From: Eledone cirrhosa
Lineage: Eukaryota
Assembly (NCBI GenBank): GCA_964016885.1
Contig: OZ024741.1
Span: 80,104,001 to 80,168,000, forward strand
Direction of reading: 5' to 3'
Length of the DNA stretch: 64,000 bases
The number at the start of each line of letters is the position of its first letter. The stretch's first letter is position 1. This document shows, piece by piece, positions 11,703 through 24,305 of the stretch. Position numbers and translations under genes: made by a program. The notes beneath the pieces are model-generated. The model had not been told where the DNA came from. It did not search any database and was given only the letters and a program-made list of their open reading frames with translations.

Positions 11703-14700
11703 AGACAAGGGAGAGGCTAGCAAAAGATATAAATAGACTGACTTAGTGACCCGGTCAAATGTCAACGACTATGGCACTGCTGGCTCTCCCTTTCCCCACC
11801 AACAATAGAAAAAGCCACAGCATCACCACCGACATAGCCAACAACAATAACAGGCAACTTCAACAAAAAGTATATTATATTATTAATAATAATTTCATTC
11901 TTAAGCCACGCAATGCTCACATTAAGGAACCACTCATGATAATAACAATTTAAAAAAACAACAAAAAAGAAAACCCCGTGACCAAGAAATACCGGGATGG
12001 CAGCCGGCGGGGAATAGCCGTGTCTCTAGGGGAGGACGACCACTCTAGTCTTGGTTGACACTCGTCCTAGAAGTGGTAACACGAAATGATTACCCCTTGG
12101 CGGTTAAGGATAAAACGCGACAAAGTAAAGTAAATGTCAAATGATAAAATCTCATACCGGATCGGCCGTCGCCCGGGTCAAAAAGGGCCGCGTCCCTCAG
12201 AGAGGAACCAGACTGAGGTCGAAAAATCAGCTAATGGTTCAAACATTCCCATCACTTCGGAGCTGGAGACCTCCCATAACCGGAATACTCCTACTGTTGG
12301 CCCTCCATGCTCACCACCAAGAAATCCAAAGAAAATGAGAGAAAAATGGTCAAGGGAAGACAATAAAGAAGTTCTTGAGGCTTTCTACACTGCCATGTAC
12401 TACCCATCAAATAGATCGAATACAGAACAGACATATATCAACTGGAAAAAGAAACATCCTGAAAACAGAGGCTATATTGACAGTAACAAACTAGCCAATA
12501 TACGAAGAAATATTGTTAAAAAAAGTTACTAACTGATATAGAAATTGATCAGATCAAGCTATTAGCACAAAGTCAGCGAAGGGAAAATGAAACATGTGTT
12601 AGTGAAAACGAGGTAAATTGTAACACTTCGAATCCCAGGGTTGGGGCGAAATCACTGACAACAGAACAAATTAAAGAATGGATCGAAAAAGTGGAGGGAG
12701 TGCATGCTCATGATGAAACTCAAAATGAAAACAATGAGATCGTAAATGATAAAGAAATGAATGAGAATGAACTTGCCAACTTGAAGGATGAAATTATGAT
12801 CGAATGGATGAAAATGAAAGAATCTGACATGGGGGAACGAGACACTCTCCCTAAGATCCAGAATTCCACACAAGACTAACATAATTCTCAAAAACATTAT
12901 CATCACAAACAAACTAAACATTACTGATTTAAATCTGCATCGGCTAAAGTCACCACTCACTTATGTGGAATGAAAATGACAAAACAAAGGAATTCCCACA
13001 AGAAATCTACTTGGCAAGAGAACATCAATCGCCAAATAAACCTTCTCCGATCTGACATAGAAATTTTAACAAACTACAAAGTAGGTGAACATGTTAAACA
13101 AACTAAACTTAGAAAATTGAAAAGGAAATACAGTATAAAATCAACAAGTGACATAGACATGCTGATAGAAATAATCAAGTAAAAAGTGTCGGCCAAAGCT
13201 GCTCGTATAAGGCGCTTTGAAAAACGATCTAGATTCTATCAGAACAATAATATTTTCAAAAACAACCAAAGAAACTTCTACAGAAAAATTGACAGGTCAA
13301 CAATAACTGCTAAATCAATACCACCCAAGGAGGAAGTGCAAGAATTCTGGGAAAAGATCTGGGCCGAAGAAAATGTTCATAATATACATGCCACATGGAT
13401 AGACAGACAAATGAAAGATACAGCTCACCTTGAGGAACAAATATGGGAAAATATAACAGTTGAACAGTTGGGTTTGGCTCTTAGAAAGACCAGCAAATGG
13501 AAATCCCCAGGAAAAGACAAAATACAAAATTTTTTTATAAATTCCTTCACAGAGTCTCATGAGCTGTTAGCCCAACTTTACAATGAAATAGTTAAGGAGC
13601 CAGAAAAGATACCATCATGGCTAGTTAACGGCATTACATTCCTGCTTCCGAAGAATGATGAGACAAACAATCCCAAAAATTACAGACCGATAACTTGCTT
13701 GACCACAATGTATAACATTTTAACATCAGTCCTAACTGAATACACATATGACCAACAAATGATCTATTTCCCAATGAGCAGAAAGGGTGTAAACGAAGCT
13801 CATATGGCTGTAAGGATCAGCTTCTGGTTAACAAAATGATACTGGAAGATTGTCATAATAGACACAAAAATCTATCGATTGCTTGGATAGATTATAAAAA
13901 AGCATTCGATAGTTTGCCACACAGTTGGATTGAAAAATGTTTAGAGATTTTCAAAATATCTCCCGTTGTCAGGAGGTTCCTGTCATTCAGTATGAAGACA
14001 TGGAAAACGACACGAATAGTGAAAAAAAATCACTGGAAGCTGGAGAAGTTAATATTAATTGTGGAATTTTTCAGGGTGACTCTTTATCACGGCTTTTATT
14101 CTGCATCGCACTTATACCATTAAGTAAAATGCTCAATGAAACAAAACATGGATATAAAGTCTATGACAAAACCATTAATCATTTGTTCTACATGGATGAC
14201 CTGAAACTATTTGCAAAAAATGATAGCAAGGGCTATTATCCACTGTGGAGCAGTTCAGTGATGACATTAAAATGGAGTTTGGAGTAGATATATGCGCCAA
14301 AGCAACGTTCACCAGAGGAAAGCTGCTGAAAAGTTCAGACATTAATCTTGATTGGGGGAATATGATAAGAGAACTTGATCAAGAGGAAACTTACAAATAT
14401 CTAGGTGTTTGTGAAGGAGACGGAATCAAGCACTCGACAATGAGGGAAAGGATAAGGAAGGAATATTACCGTAGAGTAAGAGCAATCTTAAGAACGGAAT
14501 TGAATGCAAGGAATAGGATCGATGCCATAAACACGCTTGCCATACCAGTAGTAACCTACAGTTACAATGTCATCAACTGGTCAAGCACAGAGATCTGTAG
14601 GCTCGATACAAAAATTAGAAAATTCTTAACCATGCACAGAATGCATCACCCTAAGGCAGATACAGATAGAATATATCTCCCTAGGAAAGAAGGAGGGCGT

Positions 14701-15873
14701 GGGTTAATCCAGTTATATATTGCGATGAAAACTGCAACAATTGGATTATCTACATATCTAAGGGAATCACATGATTGGATGATCAAACTCGATTTGAAAC
14801 ACGAAAGCATCAAAAGATCATACTCCATTACAAAAGATGCACAAAGATACAGTAATGGACTACAAATTTCAGAAGTCCCATTTACTGCTGAAATGGAAAA
14901 CACAGAAAAAGCAAAGCAGGTAAAAGTAACTGCAAAGAAAGAACTGCTACAGAAACTGACTAAGAAATGGCAAGAAAAGCCTCTGTATAGAAAATACCCA
15001 GAAGGAGCTAACAATCCTGATGTTGACAAAACTTTAACCCATCAGTGGTTGGCATCCTCTGGACTGAAATCGGAGACTGAAGTACTGATTATATCAGCAC
15101 AAGATCAGTGTCTGCCAACAAAAAATTACCAAGCCAACATAATAAAAAATGGATGCAACCCATTATGCCGTGTATGTAAAAAAATAACCAGAGACCATTG
15201 ATCATATAATTTCAATGTGCAGTCCTATAGCTCCAACCGAATACCTAAAGAGGCATGACAGAGCTGCACAATACATACATTGGATAATGTGTAAGCATTT
15301 TGACCTGCCCCATCAAAAGAATTGGTGGGAGCATCAACCACCTCCCATACTTGAAAAAGATCACATCTCAATCTTGTGGAACTTTAGCATCCAAACAGAC
15401 CGAAAAATAGATGCAAATAGACCTGATATAATACTGAAGGACTTTAAAAAGAGGGTATGCCTGCTAATTGATATGTCCGTTCCAATAGACAAGAATGTAT
15501 CTATAAAAACATTTGAAAGTATAAGGAGCAAGTATAAGGACCTGGAGATAGAAATTGGAAAAATGTGGAAATTGAGAACTAAAACAATACCAGTGGTTGT
15601 AGGCGCTCTAGGAATGATAACTAGGAATGATTACTTATCGCAAATCCCAGGAAACCCGCGTATAGGAGAAATACAAAAGATAGTACTAATGGGAACTGCC
15701 CATATACTAAGGAAGATTCTGTCAATATAAGTACATCACAAGTCTAAACACCGAAAGATGCATGTGTGTGTATGTATGTTCTTTCTTGAACGTGGCGGAC
15801 CTTGTTGTCTCTTGCGGTCACTGGTTGTGACTTGGTGATAACTCGTATGAACATAAAGCAAAATAAATGCAAC

Positions 15874-15875
<2 letters not shown>
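11703..15875 (+). mobile_element. R4/Dong-clade RLE non-LTR retrotransposon D1, apparently full-length, flanked by (AAT)n
   Basis: (AAT)n at 11685-11702 and 15876-15915; single broken ORF with Myb-like N-terminus, RT, CCHC and RLE. Confidence 0.93.
12134..15730 (+). pseudogene. D1 RT-RLE polyprotein, several stops and frameshifts
   Basis: REKWSREDNKEV (N-terminus), [54 protein letters not shown]. Confidence 0.93.
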
Positions 15876-15916
<41 letters not shown>

Positions 15917-16159
15917 TTTTCTTTATTAACCACAAGGGTTTACATAAAGTAGACATTAAGGACAGTACAGGACAATACAGGACGGTACAAATGGGCATTT
16001 CTGCGTGTAAAAAAAACAGCGGATGAAATAAAATAACAAAGAAAAATTCCCCAATAGGGGGGAGACTTCCAAGGGATATTTGTGGAGAAAGCCCATTAAA
16101 AGACCCCAGTGGCCCTGACCACCAGGGCAAGTGCCCTCTCCCAGTTTTCCACCTTTAAT

Positions 16160-19100
16160 TTACAGACACATACTCAGAGAAGGCCCATTCATTCGGGCCA
16201 TACTTGCTTCTCTCACCCATCTTTCAACAAAATGCTGGGAAGAGAGCACTTCCCTCTCTACCCTGATTTTCCTTTTCAAATGAAATTTGAAAAAGTTAAT
16301 CAGGGCATCACCGAAGAGGTAAGTGCTCGTCTTCAGCCCTTTCAAACGTGTCCACCATACTATCTCTTTCGCCATGGCCACCAGACAGATAAAAACTGCC
16401 TGCCCTTCCCGGCTAAAGGAAGGGGGCGGGGCAATCCTCACGATGGACTCAGCTGATAGCTGGATCCGTCCTACACGTGACAGCAGGTGTTCGACATAAA
16501 CCCACAAGTCAGCAGTGCTCGGACACTGGACGAGTGCGTGCAGGACGGTTTCGTCGCCACGCGCGCATCTCGGACATGCCCGGCTGACGGCACCTCCAGG
16601 CCTGTAGAGTTTATCCCGAACTGGCAAGGCTCCTCGGTAGCACTGCCAGGCTAGGGATTTCTGGAAGTTGTCCATAGGCCCCGGCCAGAAAGTCCTTCCG
16701 AAGAGATTGGCTAGTTGATTTTCGTCGACGCCTAGAGTTTCTCCAAGTACGTCGTCACTCTTCCCCTCCACTAATCCCCTATAGAACGCCAGGGATAGCT
16801 TTCAGGGATAGCTTCCTCTCGGCCCATTTCTGGGTGAGAGAATCCACCCTGCTCGTCACCTCGTCCCAGTTTTTGTCAGTCTGGAGGTCTGGACCGAACC
16901 AGACCCCTAGCAATTTAACCGGTCCGTCCGTCCAGCGCCCGACGACGCTGTTGGACGGCATGGACCTGCCTCTCCAGGTGCCGAGCTGCAGGCCCACTGA
17001 CTTTTCCTGGTTGATCATTGCTCCTGTCACCGCTTCGTATTCTCTTAGTGTAGTGCCGATCGCCTCGATGTGTTTGGCGTTCGACACCACTACGGTGACA
17101 TCGTCGGCATATGCTGACACGGATCTTCCGCATCCTAGTTCGCGCGGGACCCCCCTCAACGTCTCCAGTTTGTGCAGTAATGGCTCGAGAGTCAATACGT
17201 ACAATAGGGACGAGAGGGGACATCCTTGGCGGACCGAGCGCATGATGTTGAACGGTTCCGAAAGGTGACCGTTCACTCTCACTACAGAGCAGATGTCGCT
17301 GTGCATGGCAGCGATCCAGCCTCTGAAGACGGGCCCAAAGCCAGCCGCCCTCAGGACTGCCGCTAGGTAACGATGGTCGACCCTATCGAAGGCTTTCGAT
17401 TGATCTAAATTGATCAAAGACCCACCCTTGCCAGGTTCCCTAGCTACCCTCTCTACAATGTATCGCATGAGCTGGAGGTTGTCGTGGATGGATCTGTCGG
17501 GAATGGCGCATGTCTGTGCCTCTCCCACCAGCCCACCAACGACAAGCGCCAACCTCTTTGCTAGCACCTTGGCCAAAATCTTGAACTCTGTGTTTAGCAG
17601 AGTTATGGGCCTAAAATTATCTATGTTATCCCCCTTGTTAGGATCCTTTCTCAGCAGCGCCATGGCTCCTCGGCTCACAGAGCTGGGAATTCTCCCGTTC
17701 TGTTGCCAGTTGCAGTAGACGTCCGCCAAGAGGCCTGCGAACAAGTTTGGCATTTGTACTTAAAGTTCATAGGGCAGACCATCCAGACCAGGCGATTTAC
17801 CCCTTGTGCAACTAGTCATTGCATCCCGTACTTCAGCGGTTGTTATCGGCTTTTCGCAACACTCCGCCTCAGTGGCCGAAAGCCGCGGCAGTCCGTCGAG
17901 GTAGACACTAAAGTCCATCCCTCGATCCGACCCGCCACTGCCCCCGAACAGTTGAGCGAAGTGTCGCTGAAAAGCTTCACACATTTGCCCGGGATCGAGT
18001 AGCATGCGCCCGTCGTGGTCCACCAAAGACCGGATCGTGGCTTTATTACCACGACGCGCCTCCGCCACTCGGGCCCATTGAACGGCTTTCGTCCCCTCGT
18101 GTCTGAGAGCACGCACCCTAGCTCTGACAACGCAGCCTTCGTGCTTTGCATTGAAGAATTGGTCAAGGGCCAATTTCGCCGCAAGCACGTCGGTCGCGAT
18201 GCCTTTGCTAAGCGCCTCATCTAATTTTCTAACTAGTTCTCCCTCTGCTCTATTTTTCTCTATTGCTAAAGTCTTACTAAACCTAATGGACTCTATTCTA
18301 ATTGCTCTTTTCAGAGCAAACCACCACTTGTTGTTGACGATGGCCCCCGTCAGCGCCCGCTTAACTAGTTCGCTAATCCGGTCTCTGTAGGCCTTCCGCG
18401 CTGGTAAGGACGCGTTTAGCTTCCAGTAGCCGGGTCCTCGCCTATGAAGCCTATCTAAGTCAAGCACACAGATCACGAATTTGTGGTCCGTGTAGCTGAC
18501 TATCTTGAATTGTGGACAGCCTATGCTAGACTTATCTATTTCCCTACAAAATACTCTATCTAGATATGATCTGGATGACCCTATGCGATTTGTCCAAGTC
18601 CACATTGGCACATTCGGGAAATCCATTCGGTACCTGTCAGACAGTTCAAAACGTCTGAGCAGGTTGGTGAGACTCTTGCACCCTCCTTCCCTATCCACTA
18701 ATCCCACACAATCCCAGCGTGCATCTAAGATCCCGTTCCAGTCGTCCACTAACACTAAAGAGCGGGACGTTCCAAGAAAAGTCTCCAGACGCCGGAAGAA
18801 ATCAGGCCGCCCTGCTCCTGTCGGGGCATAGACGGCCACTAACCTGAAAGCTTGCCCGTCTCCGCTGGTCACGTCCAGCACCACCAACTTACCTTCTAGG
18901 TCCAGGAAGATGACCCGTATTGCAAGATCCAAACCTCTCCGAAAAAGCACAGCAACTCCTCCCCCCGATCCCGGACGGCTGGGAGATGCGTACACATCGT
19001 AGCCGCCGAAGATCGGTGCGAAAGCCTGTGCTTCGGAGATTCTGGTCTCGCTGATGGCCACTACATCTATGTTTAGTGACCTGAGGTCGTTGAGCAGGTG

Positions 19101-19163
19101 GCCCTGCTTCCATGACGACCCCAAGCCACGCGCATTTATGCTGCCTATTCTGAGTGAGGTCAT
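16160..19163 (-). pseudogene. E3 ORF2 (APE plus RT plus C-terminal CCHC); stop at 17760 and ~0.43-kb deletion near 16790
   Basis: ORFs 17760-19163, 16779-17753 (YADD), 16160-16771 (CPRC..ETVLHALVQC). Confidence 0.94.
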
Positions 19164-19197
19164 GTTGAAAAGGAGTGGAAAAGATGGGAAAGACCAC

Positions 19198-21214
19198 TTA
19201 CCTTACTTCTCGTAGGGGAAGGACGGTTTTTCCATCCTTTTCACTGCTTGTGGCCTCCTCAGGAAGGATGCCCTTATAAATCCTCCTGGAGAGTGCTTGT
19301 CGGAAGTCTCCGATGTCTTTGGGGAATTTTTGTTTTAGTGTCATGTACGTTTTCTGTGTGATGCGAGTGATTTGTATGTGTGGAGGTGGTGTGAATTTTG
19401 GGGTTGTTGTGTAGTCTTTTTCTGTGATGCTGGTGTTGTGTTGGATGTAGTGTAATAATTGCTTGTTGTTCAAATTTAATGTTGTGTAGTGTGTATCGTT
19501 TTGGTTGTTTTGTTTTGTTTGCGTTTGTTGTGGGTTTGTTTCTGTTTCGCATTTTGGTGACTTTTGTGGTGTAGGTGATGGTGGTGTTGGAGTTAATGAT
19601 GGTGATGGTGTTGGTGTTTGGGTTGATGGGGTTGGTGATGCTGGTGTGGATGGTGGCATATCTGTCCTAACTTTTTTGTTTCTTAGTTTATTTGTTTCCC
19701 TCTGTATTTTGTTTTTGGAGGGGGAAGGAAGAGAATTTTTTCTTTTTTGGTTTCTTTTTTTTTTCCGGATATCGTTTCCCACTCCTCGTCGTCACAATCT
19801 GTCTCCAGTTGTGATAGGCCGGGGAGTGGAAAATCATCCACAGCTGTTAGTTTTGGTTGTGGTGTGGTGGATGGTGTAGGCGCTGGTGCTAGTTCTGAAG
19901 CGTTGGGTGGTGGTGGTGGTGTTGGTTTTGCTGGTGGTGGTAGTGGTGTTGGTTTTGCTACTGTTGCTGGGGTTGTTGCTGTTATAGTTGCTTCTGTTGT
20001 TGCTGCTACAGTTGTTGCTGCCATCTCTGCTGCTGGTGGTGTTGATGGTTGTGTCACTGGGGTGGGTAGGAGAGGTGGCCTCAACCTTTTAGCCTGAGGG
20101 CAGAAAGCCCTTCGGTGGGTTCCTTCACCACAAACGACACACCTAGGTTTTCTGCCCTCGACAATTACCGTGAGGTGGCTGCCGTCAGTGAGGTCTATTA
20201 CCTCTGGGATCTCCTCAATGCTTTTTTGGTCCGCTTGGATTAGGAGCTCCATCCCAGATCCGGACCAGTTTTCCTGCTTTTCTTTTGCTATTGCTATTAT
20301 TTTCGTGTTGGCTTCGATGCCGGTGAGGACAGCCGCTATTAGCCAGGGAATTTCGATGGCCGGTGGAACGTGGGTCACCCTGATCTTTACGAGTCTCTGG
20401 CAACAATAGCTTGGGACGAGTGTGAAGTCGTCACTTTTTAATGGGGCCATGGAGTGTTCTCTGGCCTCCTCTGGTGTTTCAAAGAACACATCCACGGTTC
20501 CATACTTTTGCCCACGTCTGATGTGGGTTTTTCTTGCCCACACATGTCCCAAAGCTTTTTGGATTTGGGACTCGGATGCCCGTTCCACTCGGCGCGATTT
20601 TACATTTATTGTTCTATACGACACGGTGCATAGGCGCCGATGCTCCATTTTATTAGGTGGGGGGTGAGGCTGACCCTGTACCCATCTTTCTTTACCATTT
20701 GTTTTGCATTTTCTAAATCCTCTTGAGTTACCGTGAATGCTTCGAATTGTTTTGCCACTATGGCGAAACTGAGGGTCGGTTTTATAATGTCATTGTTGTT
20801 GTTGTTGCTATCGTTATTTGTGTTAATATTAATTTTAGTTTCAGTTGTGGTTGTGGTGACGTCAGTCGTCTTTGGTGCGGAAGAGTTCATTTTGCTTAAT
20901 TTCATTTCGACATCACGAGTTAATTTATTTTTTTCTTCTTTTGTTTCTGTTGTCGCGGTGGTGGTGGGGGTGGTGGTTGTCGCGGTGGTGGTGGTGGTGG
21001 TGGTGGTGGTGGTGGTGGTGGAGGCTTTAACACCTGCAGTCATTGGTAATGGCGGGAAATGAATGTCTGCCCGAGACAAATTTAAAATATTGCTACTGCT
21101 TATATTTTTTTTTGTGTTGGCAAACGTAGTAACATTTACAATGGTGGTGTCGGTGTGAGGTGTTATTTTGTGCGGAAGGCTTTCAGCTGCTTCGTGCAGA
21201 GGGGAATTAGCCAT
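19198..21214 (-). pseudogene. E3 ORF1, frameshifted
   Basis: Pieces 20606-21376 (likely start MANSPLHE at 21214), 19683-20648 (CVVCGEGTHRRAFC), 19198-19782. Confidence 0.88.
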
Positions 21215-21421
21215 TGTTTTCGAAGAAATTTTTGGATAATAATAAAAGTTAAAATTTTGGGCACAAGGCCCCAATCTTTTTGGGTGTCCTTTTCGGAAAA
21301 CAATGTATGTGTGCTTATAAACAGTTAACAATAAAATTTTCCATAAATGGCAATTTTTAACAAACGGAAATAACAAACCTTTGCGGAGCTCACGATGATA
21401 CGATTTACTACGTAGGTCGCC

Positions 21422-21488
<67 letters not shown>

Positions 21489-21495
21489 GTAATAA
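21422..21495. repeat. (AAT)n microsatellite
   Basis: Direct reading. Confidence 0.97.
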
Positions 21496-22767
21496 CTAGC
21501 AGAATGACCCTGCGTTGATCGGGATTTGCTCTAGGGTTCTTATATATTTGATATATGTTTATCCTTATCGAGCCTCGTGAAATAAATACGTTTGTTTATA
21601 TTTTGTTATAGTGTATGCAAAAATATCTGTACACGAATATATAATTAACGGCGATGAATTAGTTTTGCGAGGTTTTTGATATGAAATCGTGTGTCGAAAC
21701 AAATATTGTTATACTTGAGGAGGGTCATATTTGTGTAATAATATTGCCAGAATTAATAACAGAACACACTCACTGTTTGGTTGGTTTTCGCTTCTGTGTC
21801 CTTTATATCGGTTCATTTAATTTATTCGGTCCTCAATGTTACCATTGACTGACCAACGGTCAAAAATACAGATACAATATAGACACAAACACATATATAT
21901 AGTCTAACAGAGTTCTTTCGTTGCACATCTGCAATACCGTCAGTGGTGCTATTATGTTTCCTCCCGTTGCATTGTATGCATACGCCATCTTTATTTAGTC
22001 TGTTTATTTATTTATTTATTTGTTTATTTTTGCGCATGCGTTTGCGTGTGTGTATAGTGTTTCGTTTGATGTGTGTTCGTGTTTGGGTGACTTTGTATCG
22101 GTTATTGTATTCTATCTTAGTTTACTAGTATGTGTTTATATGTGTTTGTTGTTATTGTGCTTGTGTATTTATTTATTTATTTATTTATTTATACTTCTCT
22201 TAGGTCAGTATTGTTTGTTTGGGTGTTGTTGTTATTCCATTCATTTTTTCTGTTTAGCCTTGGCCTTCTAAGTTCTATTTCGCTGGCCTCTCTGATTTGC
22301 CTATCTGCTGGGTCATTTCTATGTATAGATATTATTCTAATTTCTATGTTGTCTATGTTACCGTCGTGTTGTCTGGCATGTTCGTATAGTACTGAACCGT
22401 TTTTTCGTCCTTTTAGTTCCCCCCAGTGTTGGTCTATCCTTTCACCTCTACGAGCTGTTTCGCCTATGTATGTTGTTGTCATGTTTCTGCAAGTACCCTC
22501 TGTACATCTTATGCCATAGACTACGTTTCTAGTTTTACAGATGTGCAACGAAAGAACTTTGTTAGACTATATATATGTGTTTGTGTCTATATTGTATCTG
22601 TATTTTTGACCGCTGGTCAGTCAATGGTAACATTGAGAACAGAATAAATTAAATTAACCGATATAAAGGACACAGAAGCGAAAACCAACCAAACAGTGAG
22701 TGTGTTCTGTTATTAATTCTGGCAATATTATTACACAAATATGACCCTCTCCAAGTATAACAATATA

Positions 22768-22830
<63 letters not shown>

Positions 22831-23207
22831 AGAAGCAAAAAATTGCGTATAAAGTCGTTTGTTCGCTGTATCATCCCGAGAGTATAATCCTTTCTCCGAG
22901 GTATAGGAAGGTCCTTTAGGGACATACCTATGTAATGCTTTTCCATAGTAGTACCGTATGTTTAGATGGTTGCTCGACCGATAAGGAGCCTGTAGTTAGA
23001 GAAGCAAAAAATTGCTTATTGTGATCCAGTTTTTGGTTAAGAAAGCCAGTTTCATGGATGGTTTCAACGTACGGTTAGGGGTAACCCCACAAGTTTGTAA
23101 GAATTCCGTTCAATGTTGGAGTATAAAGTATAAAAGAGAAAACACTTTTATTTTTGTCATTATTATCTTTATTTTTATTTTTATATATATATATGTATAT
23201 GTATGTA

Positions 23208-23276
<69 letters not shown>

Positions 23277-24305
23277 CACTTTATATCTCCTCCCTCTCTC
23301 TCTCTCCCTCTCTATCCATCCATTATTATCTATTTAATTCTCTTTAACTCACTACACTCTACGACATGATGTCTGCTATCAAAACTGACCAAAGAATCCT
23401 TCCACCTCTACCCCTCCCTCCATCTCAGTTTGTCATTCTACTTCCTACCTCTTCCCCCCTTCCTCTCTCTCTATATACTATGCCGTCTGTCCCCTCACCT
23501 CCTGATTCCTCTCTCTCTATACTAGTAAATACAATTCCAAATAAATGTTTTTCTCTATATATTAAGAATTATTTCAAGAGTAACTCACTATTTTGAAAAT
23601 TTGGACTGTGAACAACAATTATAATTGAGTGGCTGCTATTTGCAGTATAGCAATATAAGATTGCACTTACCAATGAAACGGTCGTAAATACCTAGATAAA
23701 ATCCTTCTCTTAATGCTTACCTGTGTTTTCTCTTTTATACTATATATATATATATATATATTAAAATAACAGATTAAAGTTTAAGCAAAGAATCGCTGCT
23801 TTCACCCTTAACAGGATCTTCTGAAACTAAAAAAATCAATCTGTGAACGCAGAAGTAAATATTTCGAAAAACGTTGCAACCGAAGGAAAACAGGAAGACG
23901 ATACTTTGGTTCATGAAGACGTTCCCTGGCATAAGAATATATATATACACACACTATATATACATATATATACACACACACTGATTGCGTTATAATGACG
24001 TAATTCAGACAGCCAGACATACAGACAGATATTATAACCGTGCGACGTTATATCTATGTATCAATCTAAAAAGAAAGACTAAGAGAGAGAGGTGGCTAAA
24101 TCCCCTAATGCAGTCTCTAAGGCATTGAAAATTTGAAATTCTGTTTTCTCAAAACACTCACAGGACCATAAGTATTACATCTGTAAAGTTTGAAAACAAT
24201 TGGTTGAGTGGTTCTCGAGTTTTAGTGAGCTGACAGACAGGCAGACAGACAGACAGACAGGCAGACAGACAGACAGACAGACATTCTCTGTTTTAGATAT
24301 ATAGA
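21496..24305 (-). mobile_element. Non-autonomous Helitron A with nested insertions
   Basis: Minus-strand 5' TCTATATATC..(CTGT)n at 24305; 3' hairpin cccgatcaacgcaggg plus CTAG|T at 21496. That the two ends belong to one element is inferred. Confidence 0.65.
21706..22763 (-). mobile_element. Penelope-like element 3' remnant (Naiad-type GIY-YIG) between inverted pseudo-LTR copies
   Basis: ORF 22189-22548: CKTRNVVYGIRC..C..YIGETAR..H..RQIREA..LNRKNEW; ~225-bp inverted repeat 21706-21930 vs 22538-22763; decayed hammerhead ctgacgg..gaaag on minus strand near 21905-21945. Confidence 0.88.

Larger units (their letters stand above)
15916..21421 (-). mobile_element. Tx1/L1-clade LINE copy E3 (same family as E1), flanked by (ATT)n
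   Basis: Near-identical to E1 across UTRs and ORFs; (AAT)n at 15876-15915 and 21422-21495. Confidence 0.95.

Noticed and set aside
1147-21062. Numerous plus-strand ORFs over the Tx1 copies and minus-strand ORFs over the R4 elements
   Set aside because: Antisense shadows of LINE ORFs; they recur only because the elements are repeated
23012-23369. ORFs rich in YI, HT, CV, SL or poly-E/L (also 34750-35607, 40200-40898, 43089-44954, 31367-31800)
   Set aside because: Translations of (TA)n, (CA)n, (GA)n and (TTC)n microsatellites
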